A stretch of DNA of 64,000 nucleotides from Auanema rhodensis (taxonomy: Eukaryota > Animalia > Nematoda). The notes below the pieces were generated by a model. That model was not told the origin of the DNA. It did not search any database and saw only the letters and a list, made by a program, of their open reading frames with translations. Positions 1 to 14,655 of this stretch are shown here, in pieces. The first letter of the stretch is position 1. Every line of letters starts with the position of its first letter. The stretch is taken from contig OZ059900.1 in the NCBI GenBank assembly GCA_964057225.1, forward strand, positions 5,332,001 to 5,396,000, read 5' to 3'. Position numbers and translations under genes: made by a program.

Positions 1-3000
1 CCGTTAAAGATAGAAGAATACTGTACATTTTAATGAATTCTCCATGGTCATATTAGTCTAAAAACACTATCTTATTGTGTTTGATGCATGGTAGCCAGGA
101 CTTCCAATTTTATGTGAACAGTTAACTATACCACCTAAGTATCTAAAGAAAGTGATCTTGATTTGTAACTTGGTGACCGTTAAAGATAGAAGAATACTGT
201 ACATTTTAATGAATTTTCCATGGTCATATTAGTCTAAAAACACTATCTTATTGTGTTTGATGCATGGTAGCCAGGACTTCCAATTTTATGTGAACAGTTA
301 ACTATACCACCTAAGTATCTAAAGAAAGTGATCTTGATTTGTAACTTGGTGACCGTTAAAGATAGAAGAATACTGTACATTTTAATGAATTCTCCATGGT
401 CATATTAGTCTAAAAACACTAACTTAATGGGTTTGATGCATGGTAACCAAGACTTCCAATTTTATGTGCACAGTTAACTATACCACCTAAGTATCCGAAG
501 AAAGTGATCTTGATTTGTAACTCGGTGCCCGTTAAAGATAGAAAAATACTGTACATTTTAATGAATTCTCCATGGTCATATTAGTCTAAAAACACTATCT
601 TATTGTGTTTGATGCATGGTAGCCAGGACTTCCAATTTTATGTGAACAGTTAACTATACCACCTAAGTATCTAAAGAAAGTGATCTTGATTTGTAACTTG
701 GTGACCGTTAAAGATAGAAGAATATTGTACATTTTAATGAATTTTCCATGGCCATATTAGTCTAAAAACACTATCTTATTGTGTTTGATGCATGGTAGCC
801 AGGACTTCCAATTTTATGTGAACAGTTAACTATACCACCTAAGTATCTAAAGAAAGTGATCTTGATTTGTAACTCGGTGCCCGTTAAAGATAGAAAAATA
901 CTGTACATTTTAATGAATTCTCCATGGTCATATTAGTCTAAAAACACTATCTTATTGTGTTTGATGCATGGTAGCCAGGACTTCCAATTTTATGTGAACA
1001 GTTAACTATACCACCTAAGTATCTAAAGAAAGTGATCTTGATTTGTAACTCGGTGCCCGTTAAAGATAGAAAAATACTGTACATTTTAATGAATTCTCCA
1101 TGGTCATATTAGTCTAAAAACACTATCTTATTGTGTTTGATGCATGGTAGCCAGGACTTCCAATTTTATGTGAACAGTTAACTATACCACCTAAGTATCC
1201 GAAGAAAGTGATCTTGATTTGTAACTTGGTGCCCGTTAAAGATAGAAGAATACTGTACATTTTAATGAATTCTCCATAATCATATTAGTCTAAAAACACT
1301 ATCTTATTGTGTTTGATGCATGGTAGCCAGGACTTCCAATTTTATGTGAACAGTTAACTATACCACCTAAGTATCTAAAGAAAGTGATCTTGATTTGTAA
1401 CTTGGTGCCCGTTAAAGATAGAAAAATACTGTACATTTTAATGAATTCTCCATGGTCATATTAGTCTAAAAACACTATCTTATTGTGTTTGATGCATGGT
1501 AGCCAGGACTTCCAATTTTATGTGAACAGTTAACTATACCACCTAAGTATCCGAAGAAAGTGATCTTGATTTGTAACTTGGTGCCCGTTAAAGATAGAAG
1601 AATACTGTACATTTTAATGAATTCTCCATGGTCATATTAGTCTAAAAACACTATCTTATTGTGTTTGATGCATGGTAGCCAGGACTTCCAATTTTATGTG
1701 AACAGTTAACTATACCACCTAAGTATCTAAAGAAAGTGATCTTGATTTGTAACTTGGTGCCCGTTAAAGATAGAAAAATACTGTACATTTTAATGAATTC
1801 TCCATGGTCATATTAGTCTAAAAACACTATCTTATTGTGTTTGATGCATGGTAGCCAGGACTTCCAATTTTATGTGAACAGTTAACTATACCACCTAAGT
1901 ATCCGAAGAAAGTGATCTTGATTTGTAACTTGGTGCCCGTTAAAGATAGAAAAATACTGTACATTTTAATGAATTCTCCATAATCATATTAGTCTAAAAA
2001 CACTATCTTATTGTGTTTGATGCATGGTAGCCAGGACTTCCAATTTTATGTGAACAGTTAACTATACCACCTAAGTATCTAAAGAAAGTGATCTTGATTT
2101 GTAACTTGGTGCCCGTTAAAGATAGAAAAATACTGTACATTTTAATGAATTCTCCATGGTCATATTAGTCTAAAAACACTATCTTATTGTGTTTGATGCA
2201 TGGTAGCCAGGACTTCCAATTTTATGTGAACAGTTAACTATACCACCTAAGTATCTAAAGAAAGTGATCTTGATTTGTAACTTGGTGCCCGTTAAAGATA
2301 GAAAAATACTGTACATTTTAATGAATTCTCCATGGTCATATTAGTCTAAAAACACTATCTTATTGTGTTTGATGCATGGTAGCCAGGACTTCCAATTTTA
2401 TGTGAACAGTTAACTATACCACCTAAGTATCCGAAGAAAGTGATCTTGATTTGTAACTTGGTGCCCGTTAAAGATAGAAGAATACTGTACATTTTAATGA
2501 ATTCTCCATGGTCATATTAGTCTAAAAACACTATCTTATTGTGTTTGATGCATGGTAGCCAGGACTTCCAATTTTATGTGAACAGTTAACTATACCACCT
2601 AAGTATCCGAAGAAAGTGATCTTGATTTGTAACTTGGTGCCCGTTAAAGATAGAAGAATACTGTACATTTTAATGAATTCTCCATGGTCATATTAGTCTA
2701 AAAACACTATCTTATTGTGTTTGATGCATGGTAGCCAGGACTTCCAATTTTATGTGAACAGTTAACTATACCACCTAAGTATCCGAAGAAAGTGATCTTG
2801 ATTTGTAACTTGGTGCCCGTTAAAGATAGAAGAATACTGTACATTTTAATGAATTCTCCATGGTCATATTAGTCTAAAAACACTATCTTATTGTGTTTGA
2901 TGCATGGTAGCCAGGACTTCCAATTTTATGTGAACAGTTAACTATACCACCTAAGTATCTAAAGAAAGTGATCTTGATTTGTAACTCGGTGCCCGTTAAA

Positions 3001-6000
3001 GATAGAAAAATACTGTACATTTTAATGAATTCTCCATGGTCATATTAGTCTAAAAACACTATCTTATTGTGTTTGATGCATGGTAGCCAGGACTTCCAAT
3101 TTTATGTGAACAGTTAACTATACCACCTAAGTATCCGAAGAAAGTGATCTTGATTTGTAACTTGGTGCCCGTTAAAGATAGAAGAATACTGTACATTTTA
3201 ATGAATTCTCCATGGTCATATTAGTCTAAAAACACTAACTTAATGGGTTTGATGCATGGTAACCAAGACTTCCAATTTTATGTGAACAGTTAACTATACC
3301 ACCTAAGTATCTAAAGAAAGTGATCTTGATTTGTAACTCGGTGCCCGTTAAAGATAGAAGAATACTGTACATTTTAATGAATTCTCCATGGTCATATTAG
3401 TCTAAAAACACTATCTTATTGTGTTTGATGCATGGTAGCCAGGACTTCCAATTTTATGTGAAGAGTTAACTATACCACCTAAGTATCCGAAGAAAGTGAT
3501 CTTGATTTGTAACTCGGTGCCCGTTAAAGATAGAAGAATACTGTACATTTTAATGAATTCTCCATGGTCATATTAGTCTAAAAACACTAACTTAATGGGT
3601 TTGATGCATGGTAACCAAGACTTCCAATTTTATGTGAACAGTTAACTATACCACCTAAGTATCCGAAGAAAGTGATCTTGATTTGTAACTCGGTGCCCGT
3701 TAAAGATAGAAGAATATTGTACATTTTAATGAATTTTCCATGGCCATATTAGTCTAAAAACACTATCTTATTGTGTTTGATGCATGGTAGCCAGGACTTC
3801 CAATTTTATGTGAACAGTTAACTATACCACCTAAGTATCTAAAGAAAGTGATCTTGATTTGTAACTTGGTGACCGTTAAAGATAGAAGAATACTGTACAT
3901 TTTAATGAATTCTCCATGGTCATATTAGTCTAAAAACACTAACTTAATGGGTTTGATGCATGGTAACCAAGACTTCCAATTTTATGTGAACAGTTAACTA
4001 TACCACCTAAGTATCCGAAGAAAGTGATCTTGATTTGTAACTCGGTGCCCGTTAAAGATAGAAGAATACTGTACATTTTAATGAATTCTCCATGGTCATA
4101 TTAGTCTAAAAACACTAACTTAATGGGTTTGATGCATGGTAGCCAGGACTTCCAATTTTATGTGAACAGTTAACTATACCACCTAAGTATCTAAAGAAAG
4201 TGATCTTGATTTGTAACTTGGTGCCCGTTAAAGATAGAAGAATACTGTACATTTTAATAAATTCTCCATGGTCATATTAGTCTAAAAACACTATCTTATT
4301 GTGTTTGATGCATGGTAGCCAGGACTTCCAATTTTATGTGAACAGTTAACTATACCACCTAAGTATCTAAAGAAAGTGATCTTGATTTGTAACTCGGTGC
4401 CCGTTAAAGATAGAAAAATACTGTACATTTTAATGAATTCTCCATGATCATATTAGTCTAAAAACACTATCTTATTGTGTTTGATGCATGGTAGCCAGGA
4501 CTTCCAATTTTATGTGAACAGTTAACTATACCACCTAAGTATCTAAAGAAAGTGATCTTGATTTGTAACTCGGTGCCCGTTAAAGATAGAAAAATACTGT
4601 ACATTTTAATGAATTCTCCATGGTCATATTAGTCTAAAAACACTATCTTATTGTGTTTGATGCATGGTAGCCAGGACTTCCAATTTTATGTGAACAGTTA
4701 ACTATACCACCTAAGTATCTAAAGAAAGTGATCTTGATTTGTAACTCGGTGCCCGTTAAAGATAGAAAAATACTGTACATTTTAATGAATTCTCCATGGT
4801 CATATTAGTCTAAAAACACTATCTTATTGTGTTTGATGCATGGTAGCCAGGACTTCCAATTTTATGTGAACAGTTAACTATACCACCTAAGTATCTAAAG
4901 AAAGTGATCTTGATTTGTAACTCGGTGCCCGTTAAAGATAGAAGAATACTGTACATTTTAATGAATTCTCCATGGTCATATTAGTCTAAAAACACTATCT
5001 TATTGTGTTTGATGCATGGTAGCCAGGACTTCCAATTTTATGTGAACAGTTAACTATACCACCTAAGTATCTAAAGAAAGTGATCTTGATTTGTAACTCG
5101 GTGCCCGTTAAAGATAGAAGAATACTGTACATTTTAATGAATTTTCCATGGCCATATTAGTCTAAAAACACTAACTTAATGGGTTTGATGCATGGTAACC
5201 AAGACTTCCAATTTTATGTGAACAGTTAACTATACCACCTAAGTATCTAAAGAAAGGGATCTTGATTTGTAACTCGGTGCCCGTTAAAGATAGAAGAATA
5301 CTGTACATTTTAATAAATTCTCCATGGTCATATTAGTCTAAAAACACTAACTTAATGGGTTTGATGCATGGTAACCAAGACTTCCAATTTTATCTGAACA
5401 GTTAACTATACCACCTAAGTATCCGAAGAAAGTGATCTTGATTTGTAACTCGGTGCCCGTTAAAGATAGAAGAATACTGTACATTTTAATGAATTTTCCA
5501 TGGCCATATTAGTCTAAAAACACTATCTTATTGTGTTTGATGCATGGTAGCCAGGACTTCCAATTTTATGTGAACAGTTAACTATACCACCTAAGTATCT
5601 AAAGAAAGTGATCTTGATTTGTAACTCGGTGCCTGTTAAAGATAGAAGAATACTGTACATTTTAATGAATTCTCCATGGTCATATTAGTCTAAAAACACT
5701 AACTTAATGGGTTTGATGCATGGTAACCAAGACTTCCAATTTTATGTGAACAGTTAACTATACCACCTAAGTATCCGAAGAAAGTGATCTTGATTTGTAA
5801 CTCGGTGCCCGTTAAAGATAGAAGAATACTGTACATTTTAATGAATTCTCCATGGTCATATTAGTCTAAAAACACTAACTTAATGGGTTTGATGCATGGT
5901 AACCAAGACTTCCAATTTTATGTGAACAGTTAACTATACCACCTAAGTATCCGAAGAAAGTGATCTTGATTTGTAACTCGGTGCCCGTTAAAGATAGAAG

Positions 6001-9000
6001 AATATTGTACATTTTAATGAATTTTCCATGGCCATATTAGTCTAAAAACACTATCTTATTGTGTTTGATGCATGGTAGCCAGGACTTCCAATTTTATGTG
6101 AACAGTTAACTATACCACCTAAGTATCTAAAGAAAGTGATCTTGATTTGTAACTCGGTGCCCGTTAAAGATAGAAGAATACTGTACATTTTAATAAATTC
6201 TCCATGGTCATATTAGTCTAAAAACACTAACTTAATGGGTTTGATGCATGGTAACCAAGACTTCCAATTTTATGTGAACAGTTAACTATACCACCTAAGT
6301 ATCCGAAGAAAGTGATCTTGATTTGTAACTCGGTGCCCGTTAAAGATAGAAGAATACTGTACATTTTAATGAATTCTCCATGGTCATATTAGTCTAAAAA
6401 CACTAACTTAATGGGTTTGATGCATGGTAGCCAGGACTTCCAATTTTATGTGAACAGTTAACTATACCACCTAAGTATCTAAAGAAAGTGATCTTGATTT
6501 GTAACTTGGTGCCCGTTAAAGATAGAAGAATACTGTACATTTTAATAAATTCTCCATGGTCATATTAGTCTAAAAACACTATCTTATTGTGTTTGATGCA
6601 TGGTAGCCAGGACTTCCAATTTTATGTGAACAGTTAACTATACCACCTAAGTATCTAAAGAAAGTGATCTTGATTTGTAACTCGGTGCCCGTTAAAGATA
6701 GAAAAATACTGTACATTTTAATGAATTCTCCATGATCATATTAGTCTAAAAACACTATCTTATTGTGTTTGATGCATGGTAGCCAGGACTTCCAATTTTA
6801 TGTGAACAGTTAACTATACCACCTAAGTATCTAAAGAAAGTGATCTTGATTTGTAACTCGGTGCCCGTTAAAGATAGAAGAATACTGTACATTTTAATGA
6901 ATTCTCCATGGTCATATTAGTCTAAAAACACTAACTTAATGGGTTTGATGCATGGTAACCAAGACTTCCAATTTTATGTGAACAGTTAACTATACCACCT
7001 AAGTATCCGAAGAAAGTGATCTTGATTTGTAACTCGGTGCCCGTTAAAGATAGAAGAATATTGTACATTTTAATGAATTTTCCATGGCCATATTAGTCTA
7101 AAAACACTATCTTATTGTGTTTGATGCATGGTAGCCAGGACTTCCAATTTTATGTGAACAGTTAACTATACCACCTAAGTATCTAAAGAAAGTGATCTTG
7201 ATTTGTAACTCGGTGCCCGTTAAAGATAGAAAAATACTGTACATTTTAATGAATTCTCCATGGTCATATTAGTCTAAAAACACTATCTTATTGTGTTTGA
7301 TGCATGGTAGCCAGGACTTCCAATTTTATGTGAAGAGTTAACTATACCACCTAAGTATCCGAAGAAAGTGATCTTGATTTGTAACTTGATGCCCGTTAAA
7401 GATAGAAGAATACTGTACATTTCAATAAATTCTCCATGGTCATATTAGTCTAAAAACACTATCTTATTGTGTTTGATGCATGGTAGCCAGGACTTCCAAT
7501 TTTATGTGAACAGTTAACTATACCACCTAAGTATCTAAAGAAAGTGATCTTGATTTGTAACTCGGTGCCCGTTAAAGATAGAAAAATACTGTACATTTTA
7601 ATGAATTCTCCATGGTCATATTAGTCTAAAAACACTATCTTATTGTGTTTGATGCATGGTAGCCAGGACTTCCAATTTTATGTGAACAGTTAACTATACC
7701 ACCTAAGTATCTAAAGAAAGTGATCTTGATTTGTAACTCGGTGCCCGTTAAAGATAGAAAAATACTGTACATTTTAATGAATTCTCCATGGTCATATTAG
7801 TCTAAAAACACTATCTCATTGTGTTTGATGCATGGTAGCCAGGACTTCCAATTTTATGTGAAGAGTTAACTATACCACCTAAGTATCCGAAGAAAGTGAT
7901 CTTGATTTGTAACTCGGTGCCCGTTAAAGATAGAAAAATACTGTACATTTTAATGAATTCTCCATGGTCATATTAGTCTAAAAACACTATCTTATTGTGT
8001 TTGATGCATGGTAGCCAGGACTTCCAATTTTATGTGAACAGTTAACTATACCACCTAAGTATCCGAAGAAAGTGATCTTGATTTGTAACTCGGTGCCCGG
8101 TAAAGATAGAAGAATACTGTACATTTTGATGAACTCTCCATGGCCATATTAGACTAAAAACACTATCTTATTGTGTTTGATGCATGGTAGCCAGGACTTC
8201 CAATTTTATGTGAACAGTTAACTATACCACCTAAGTATCTAAAGAAAGTGATCTTGATTTGTAACTCGGTGCCCGTTAAAGATAGAAGAATACTGTACAT
8301 TTTAATAAATTTTCCATGGCCATATTAGTCTAAAAACACTAACTTAATGGGTTTGATGCATGGTAACCAAGACTTCCAATTTTATGTGAACAGTTAACTA
8401 TACCACCTAAGTATCTAAAGAAAGGGATCTTGATTTGTAACTCGGTGCCCGTTAAAGATAGAAGAATACTGTACATTTTAATAAATTCTCCATGGTCATA
8501 TTAGTCTAAAAACACTAACTTAATGGGTTTGATGCATGGTAACCAAGACTTCCAATTTTATCTGAACAGTTAACTATACCACCTAAGTATCCGAAGAAAG
8601 TGATCTTGATTTGTAACTCGGTGCCCGTTAAAGATAGAAGAATACTGTACATTTTAATGAATTTTCCATGGCCATATTAGTCTAAAAACACTATCTTATT
8701 GTGTTTGATGCATGGTAGCCAGGACTTCCAATTTTATGTGAACAGTTAACTATACCACCTAAGTATCTAAAGAAAGTGATCTTGATTTGTAACTCGGTGC
8801 CCGTTAAAGATAGAAGAATATTGTACATTTTAATAAATTTTCCATGGCCATATTAGTCTAAAAACACTATCTTATTGTGTTTGATGCATGGTAGCCAGGA
8901 CTTCCAATTTTATGTGAACAGTTAACTATACCACCTAAGTATCTAAAGAAAGTGATCTTGATTTGTAACTCGGTGCCCGTTAAAGATAGAAGAATACTGT

Positions 9001-12000
9001 ACATTTTAATAAATTCTCCATGGTCATATTAGTCTAAAAACACTATCTTATTGTGTTTGATGAATGGTAGCCAGGACTTCCAATTTTATGTGAACAGTTA
9101 ACTATACCACCTAAGTATCTAAAGAAAGTGATCTTGATTTGTAACTTGGTGCCCGTTAAAGATAGAAGAATACTGTACATTTTAATAAATTCTCCATGGT
9201 CATATTAGTCTAAAAACACTATCTTATTGTGTTTGATGCATGGTAGCCAGGACTTCCAATTTTATGTGAACAGTTAACTATACCACCTAAGTATCTAAAG
9301 AAAGTGATCTTGATTTGTAACTCGGTGCCCGTTAAAGATAGAAAAATACTGTACATTTTAATAAATTTTCCATGGCCATATTAGTCTAAAAACACTATCT
9401 TATTGTGTTTGATGCATGGTAGCCAGGACTTCCAATTTTATGTGAACAGTTAACTATACCACCTAAGTATCTAAAGAAAGGGATCTTGATTTGTAACTCG
9501 GTGCCCGTTAAAGATAGAAAAATACTGTACATTTTAATGAATTCTCCATGGTCATATTAGTCTAAAAACACTATCTTATTGTGTTTGATGCATGGTAGCC
9601 AGGACTTCCAATTTTATGTGAACAGTTAACTATACCACCTAAGTATCCGAAGAAAGTGATCTTGATTTGTAACTTGGTGCCCGTTAAAGATAGAAGAATA
9701 CTGTACATTTTAATAAATTCTCCATGGTCATATTAGTCTAAAAACACTATCTTATTGTGTTTGATGCATGGTAACCAAGACTTCCAATTTTATGTGAACA
9801 GTTAACTATACCACCTAAGTATCTAAAGAAAGTGATCTTGATTTGTAACTCGGTGCCCGTTAAAGATAGAAGAATATTGTACATTTTAATGAATTCTCCA
9901 TGGTCATATTAGTCTAAAAACACTATCTTATTGTGTTTGATGCATGGTAGCCAGGACTTCCAATTTTATGTGAACAGTTAACTATACCACCTAAGTATCT
10001 AAAGAAAGTGATCTTGATTTGTAACTTGGTGCCCGTTAAAGATAGAAGAATACTGTACATTTTAATAAATTTTCCATGGCCATATTAGTCTAAAAACACT
10101 ATCTTATTGTGTTTGATGCATGGTAGCCAGGACTTCCAATTTTATGTGAACAGTTAACTATACCACCTAAGTATCTAAAGAAAGTGATCTTGATTTGTAA
10201 CTTGGTGCCTGTTAAAGATAGAAGAATACTGTACATTTTAATAAATTCTCCATGGTCATATTAGTCTAAAAACACTATCTTATTGTGTTTGATGCATGGT
10301 AGCCAGGACTTCCAATTTTATGTGAACAGTTAACTATACCACCTAAGTATCTAAAGAAAGTGATCTTGATTTGTAACTTGGTGCCCGTTAAAGATAGAAG
10401 AATACTGTACATTTTAATAAATTCTCCATGGTCATATTAGTCTAAAAACACTATCTTATTGTGTTTGATGCATGGTAGCCAGGACTTCCAATTTTATGTG
10501 AACAGTTAACTATACCACCTAAGTATCTAAAGAAAGTGATCTTGATTTGTAACTCGGTGCCCGTTAAAGATAGAAGAATACTGTACATTTTAATAAATTC
10601 TCCATGGTCATATTAGTCTAAAAACACTATCTTATTGTGTTTGATGCATGGTAGCCAGGACTTCCAATTTTATGTGAACAGTTAACTATACCACCTAAGT
10701 ATCTAAAGAAAGTGATCTTGATTTGTAACTCGGTGCCCGTTAAAGATAGAAAAATACTGTACATTTTAATGAATTCTCCATGGTCATATTAGTCTAAAAA
10801 CACTATCTTATTGTGTTTGATGCATGGTAGCCAGGACTTCCAATTTTATGTGAACAGTTAACTATACCACCTAAGTATCTAAAGAAAGTGATCTTGATTT
10901 GTAACTCGGTGCCCGTTAAAGATAGAAGAATATTGTACATTTTAATGAATTCTCCATGGTCATATTAGTCTAAAAACACTATCTTATTGTGTTTGATGCA
11001 TGGTAGCCAGGACTTCCAATTTTATGTGAACAGTTAACTATACCACCTAAGTATCTAAAGAAAGTGATCTTGATTTGTAACTTGGTGCCCGTTAAAGATA
11101 GAAGAATACTGTACATTTTAATAAATTCTCCATGGTCATATTAGTCTAAAAACACTATCTTATTGTGTTTGATGCATGGTAGCCAGGACTTCCAATTTTA
11201 TGTGAACAGTTAACTATACCACCTAAGTATCTAAAGAAAGTGATCTTGATTTGTAACTCGGTGCCCGTTAAAGATAGAAAAATACTGTACATTTTAATGA
11301 ATTCTCCATGGTCATATTAGTCTAAAAACACTATCTTATTGTGTTTGATGCATGGTAGCCAGGACTTCCAATTTTATGTGAACAGTTAACTATACCACCT
11401 AAGTATCCGAAGAAAGTGATCTTGATTTGTAACTTGGTGCCCGTTAAAGATAGAAGAATACTGTACATTTTAATGAATTTTCCATGGCCATATTAGTCTA
11501 AAAACACTAACTTAATGGGTTTGATGCATGGTAGCCAGGACTTCCAATTTTATGTGAACAGTTAACTATACCACCTAAGTATCTAAAGAAAGTGATCTTG
11601 ATTTGTAACTCGGTGCCCGTTAAAGATAGAAGAATACTGTACATTTTAATGAATTTTCCATGGCCATATTAGTCTAAAAACACTAACTTAATGGGTTTGA
11701 TGCATGGTAGCCAGGACTTCCAATTTTATGTGAACAGTTAACTATACCACCTAAGTATCTAAAGAAAGTGATCTTGATTTGTAACTCGGTGCCCGTTAAA
11801 GATAGAAGAATACTGTACATTTTAATAAATTCTCCATGGCCATATTAGTCTAAAAACACTATCTTATTGTGTTTGATGCATGGTAGCCAGGACTTCCAAT
11901 TTTATGTGAACAGTTAACTATACCACCTAAGTATCTAAAGAAAGTGATCTTGATTTGTAACTTGGTGCCCGTTAAAGATAGAAGAATACTGTACATTTTA

Positions 12001-14655
12001 ATAAATTCTCCATGGTCATATTAGTCTAAAAACACTATCTTATTGTGTTTGATGCATGGTAGCCAGGACTTCCAATTTTATGTGAACAGTTAACTATACC
12101 ACCTAAGTATCTAAAGAAAGTGATCTTGATTTGTAACTTGGTGCCCGTTAAAGATAGAAGAATACTGTACATTTTAATAAATTCTCCATGGTCATATTAG
12201 TCTAAAAACACTATCTTATTGTGTTTGATGCATGGTAGCCAGGACTTCCAATTTTATGTGAACAGTTAACTATACCACCTAAGTATCTAAAGAAAGTGAT
12301 CTTGATTTGTAACTTGGTGCCCGTTAAAGATAGAAGAATACTGTACATTTTAATAAATTCTCCATGGTCATATTAGTCTAAAAACACTATCTTATTGTGT
12401 TTGATGCATGGTAGCCAGGACTTCCAATTTTATGTGAACAGTTAACTATACCACCTAAGTATCTAAAGAAAGTGATCTTGATTTGTAACTCGGTGCCCGT
12501 TAAAGATAGAAGAATATTGTACATTTTAATGAATTTTCCATGGCCATATTAGTCTAAAAACACTATCTTATTGTGTTTGATGCATGGTAGCCAGGACTTC
12601 CAATTTTATGTGAACAGTTAACTATACCACCTAAGTATCTAAAGAAAGTGATCTTGATTTGTAACTTGGTGCCCGTTAAAGATAGAAGAATACTGTACAT
12701 TTTTATAAATTCTCCATGGTCATATTAGTCTAAAAACACTATCTTATTGTGTTTGATGCATGGTAGCCAGGACTTCCAATTTTATGTGAACAGTTAACTA
12801 TACCACCTAAGTATCTAAAGAAAGTGATCTTGATTTGTAACTTGGTGCCCGTTAAAGATAGAAGAATACTGTACATTTTAATAAATTCTCCATGGTCATA
12901 TTAGTCTAAAAACACTATCTTATTGTGTTTGATGCATGGTAGCCAGGACTTCCAATTTTATGTGAAGAGTTAACTATACCACCTAAGTATCCGAAGAAAG
13001 TGATCTTGATTTGTAACTTGATGCCCGTTAAAGATAGAAGAATACTGTACATTTCAATAAATTCTCCATGATCATATTAGTCTAAAAACACTATCTTATT
13101 GTGTTTGATGCATGGTAGCCAGGACTTCCAATTTTATGTGAAGAGTTAACTATACCACCTAAGTATCCGAAGAAAGTGATCTTGATTTGTAACTTGATGC
13201 CCGTTGAAGATAGAAGAATACTGTACATTTCAATAAATTCTCCATGATCATATTAGTCTAAAAACACTATCTTATTGTGTTTGATGCATGGTAGCCAGGA
13301 CTTCCAATTTTATGTGAAGAGTTAACTATACCACCTAAGTATCTAAAGAAAGTGATCTTGATTTGTAACTCGGTGCCCGTTGAAGATAGAAAAATACTGT
13401 ACATTTTAATGAATTCTCCATGGTCATATTAGTCTAAAAACACTATCTTATTGTGTTTGATGCATGGTAGCCAGGACTTCCAATTTTATGTGAAGAGTTA
13501 ACTATACCACCTAAGTATCCGAAGAAAGTGATCTTGATTTGTAACTTGATGCCCGTTAAAGATAGAAGAATACTGTACATTTCAATAAATTCTCCATGAT
13601 CATATTAGTCTAAAAACACTATCTTATTGTGTTTGATGCATGGTAGCCAGGACTTCCAATTTTATGTGAAGAGTTAACTATACCACCTAAGTATCTAAAG
13701 AAAGTGATCTTGATTTGTAACTCGGTGCCCGTTAAAGATAGAAGAATACTGTACATTTCAATAAATTCTCCATGATCATATTAGTCTAAAAACACTATCT
13801 TATTGTGTTTGATGCATGGTAGCCAGGACTTCCAATTTTATGTGAAGAGTTAACTATACCACCTAAGTATCCGAAGAAAGTGATCTTGATTTGTAACTTG
13901 ATGCCCGTTGAAGATAGAAGAATACTGTACATTTCAATAAATTCTCCATGATCATATTAGTCTAAAAACACTATCTTATTGTGTTTGATGCATGGTAGCC
14001 AGGACTTCCAATTTTATGTGAAGAGTTAACTATACCACCTAAGTATCTAAAGAAAGTGATCTTGATTTGTAACTCGGTGCCCGTTAAAGATAGAAAAATA
14101 CTGTACATTTTAATGAATTCTCCATGGTCATATTAGTCTAAAAACACTATCTTATTGTGTTTGATGCATGGTAGCCAGGACTTCCAATTTTATGTGAAGA
14201 GTTAACTATACCACCTAAGTATCCGAAGAAAGTGATCTTGATTTGTAACTTGATGCCCGTTAAAGATAGAAGAATACTGTACATTTCAATAAATTCTCCA
14301 TGATCATATTAGTCTAAAAACACTATCTTATTGTGTTTGATGCATGGTAGCCAGGACTTCCAATTTTATGTGAAGAGTTAACTATACCACCTAAGTATCC
14401 GAAGAAAGTGATCTTGATTTGTAACTTGATGCCCGTTAAAGATAGAAGAATACTGTACATTTCAATAAATTCTCCATGATCATATTAGTCTAAAAACACT
14501 ATCTTATTGTGTTTGATGCATGGTAGCCAGGACTTCCAATTTTATGTGAAGAGTTAACTATACCACCTAAGTATCCGAAGAAAGTGATCTTGATTTGTAA
14601 CTTGATGCCCGTTAAAGATAGAAGAATACTGTACATTTCAATGAATTCTCCATGA

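Noticed and set aside
41-94. Internal 44-bp sub-repeat (CATGGT at 43 and 87; 44 = 176/4)
   Set aside because: Only a 6-bp match. The other two quarter positions (131, 175) do not carry the motif, so a tetrameric origin is unsupported.
1-176. Assignment to Brassica CentBr (176 bp), Arabidopsis CEN178 or alpha satellite
   Set aside because: Only the length is similar; I recognise no sequence similarity from memory. A database search is needed.
1-176. 5S rDNA, tRNA, snRNA or spliced-leader tandem array
   Set aside because: No recognisable 5S sequence, tRNA cloverleaf or Pol III A/B boxes, and no gene-versus-spacer contrast in conservation.
140-190. CENP-B box
   Set aside because: CGAA (variant, 144-147) and CCCG occur, but not in the order or spacing of TTCG-N4-A-N2-CGGG on either strand.
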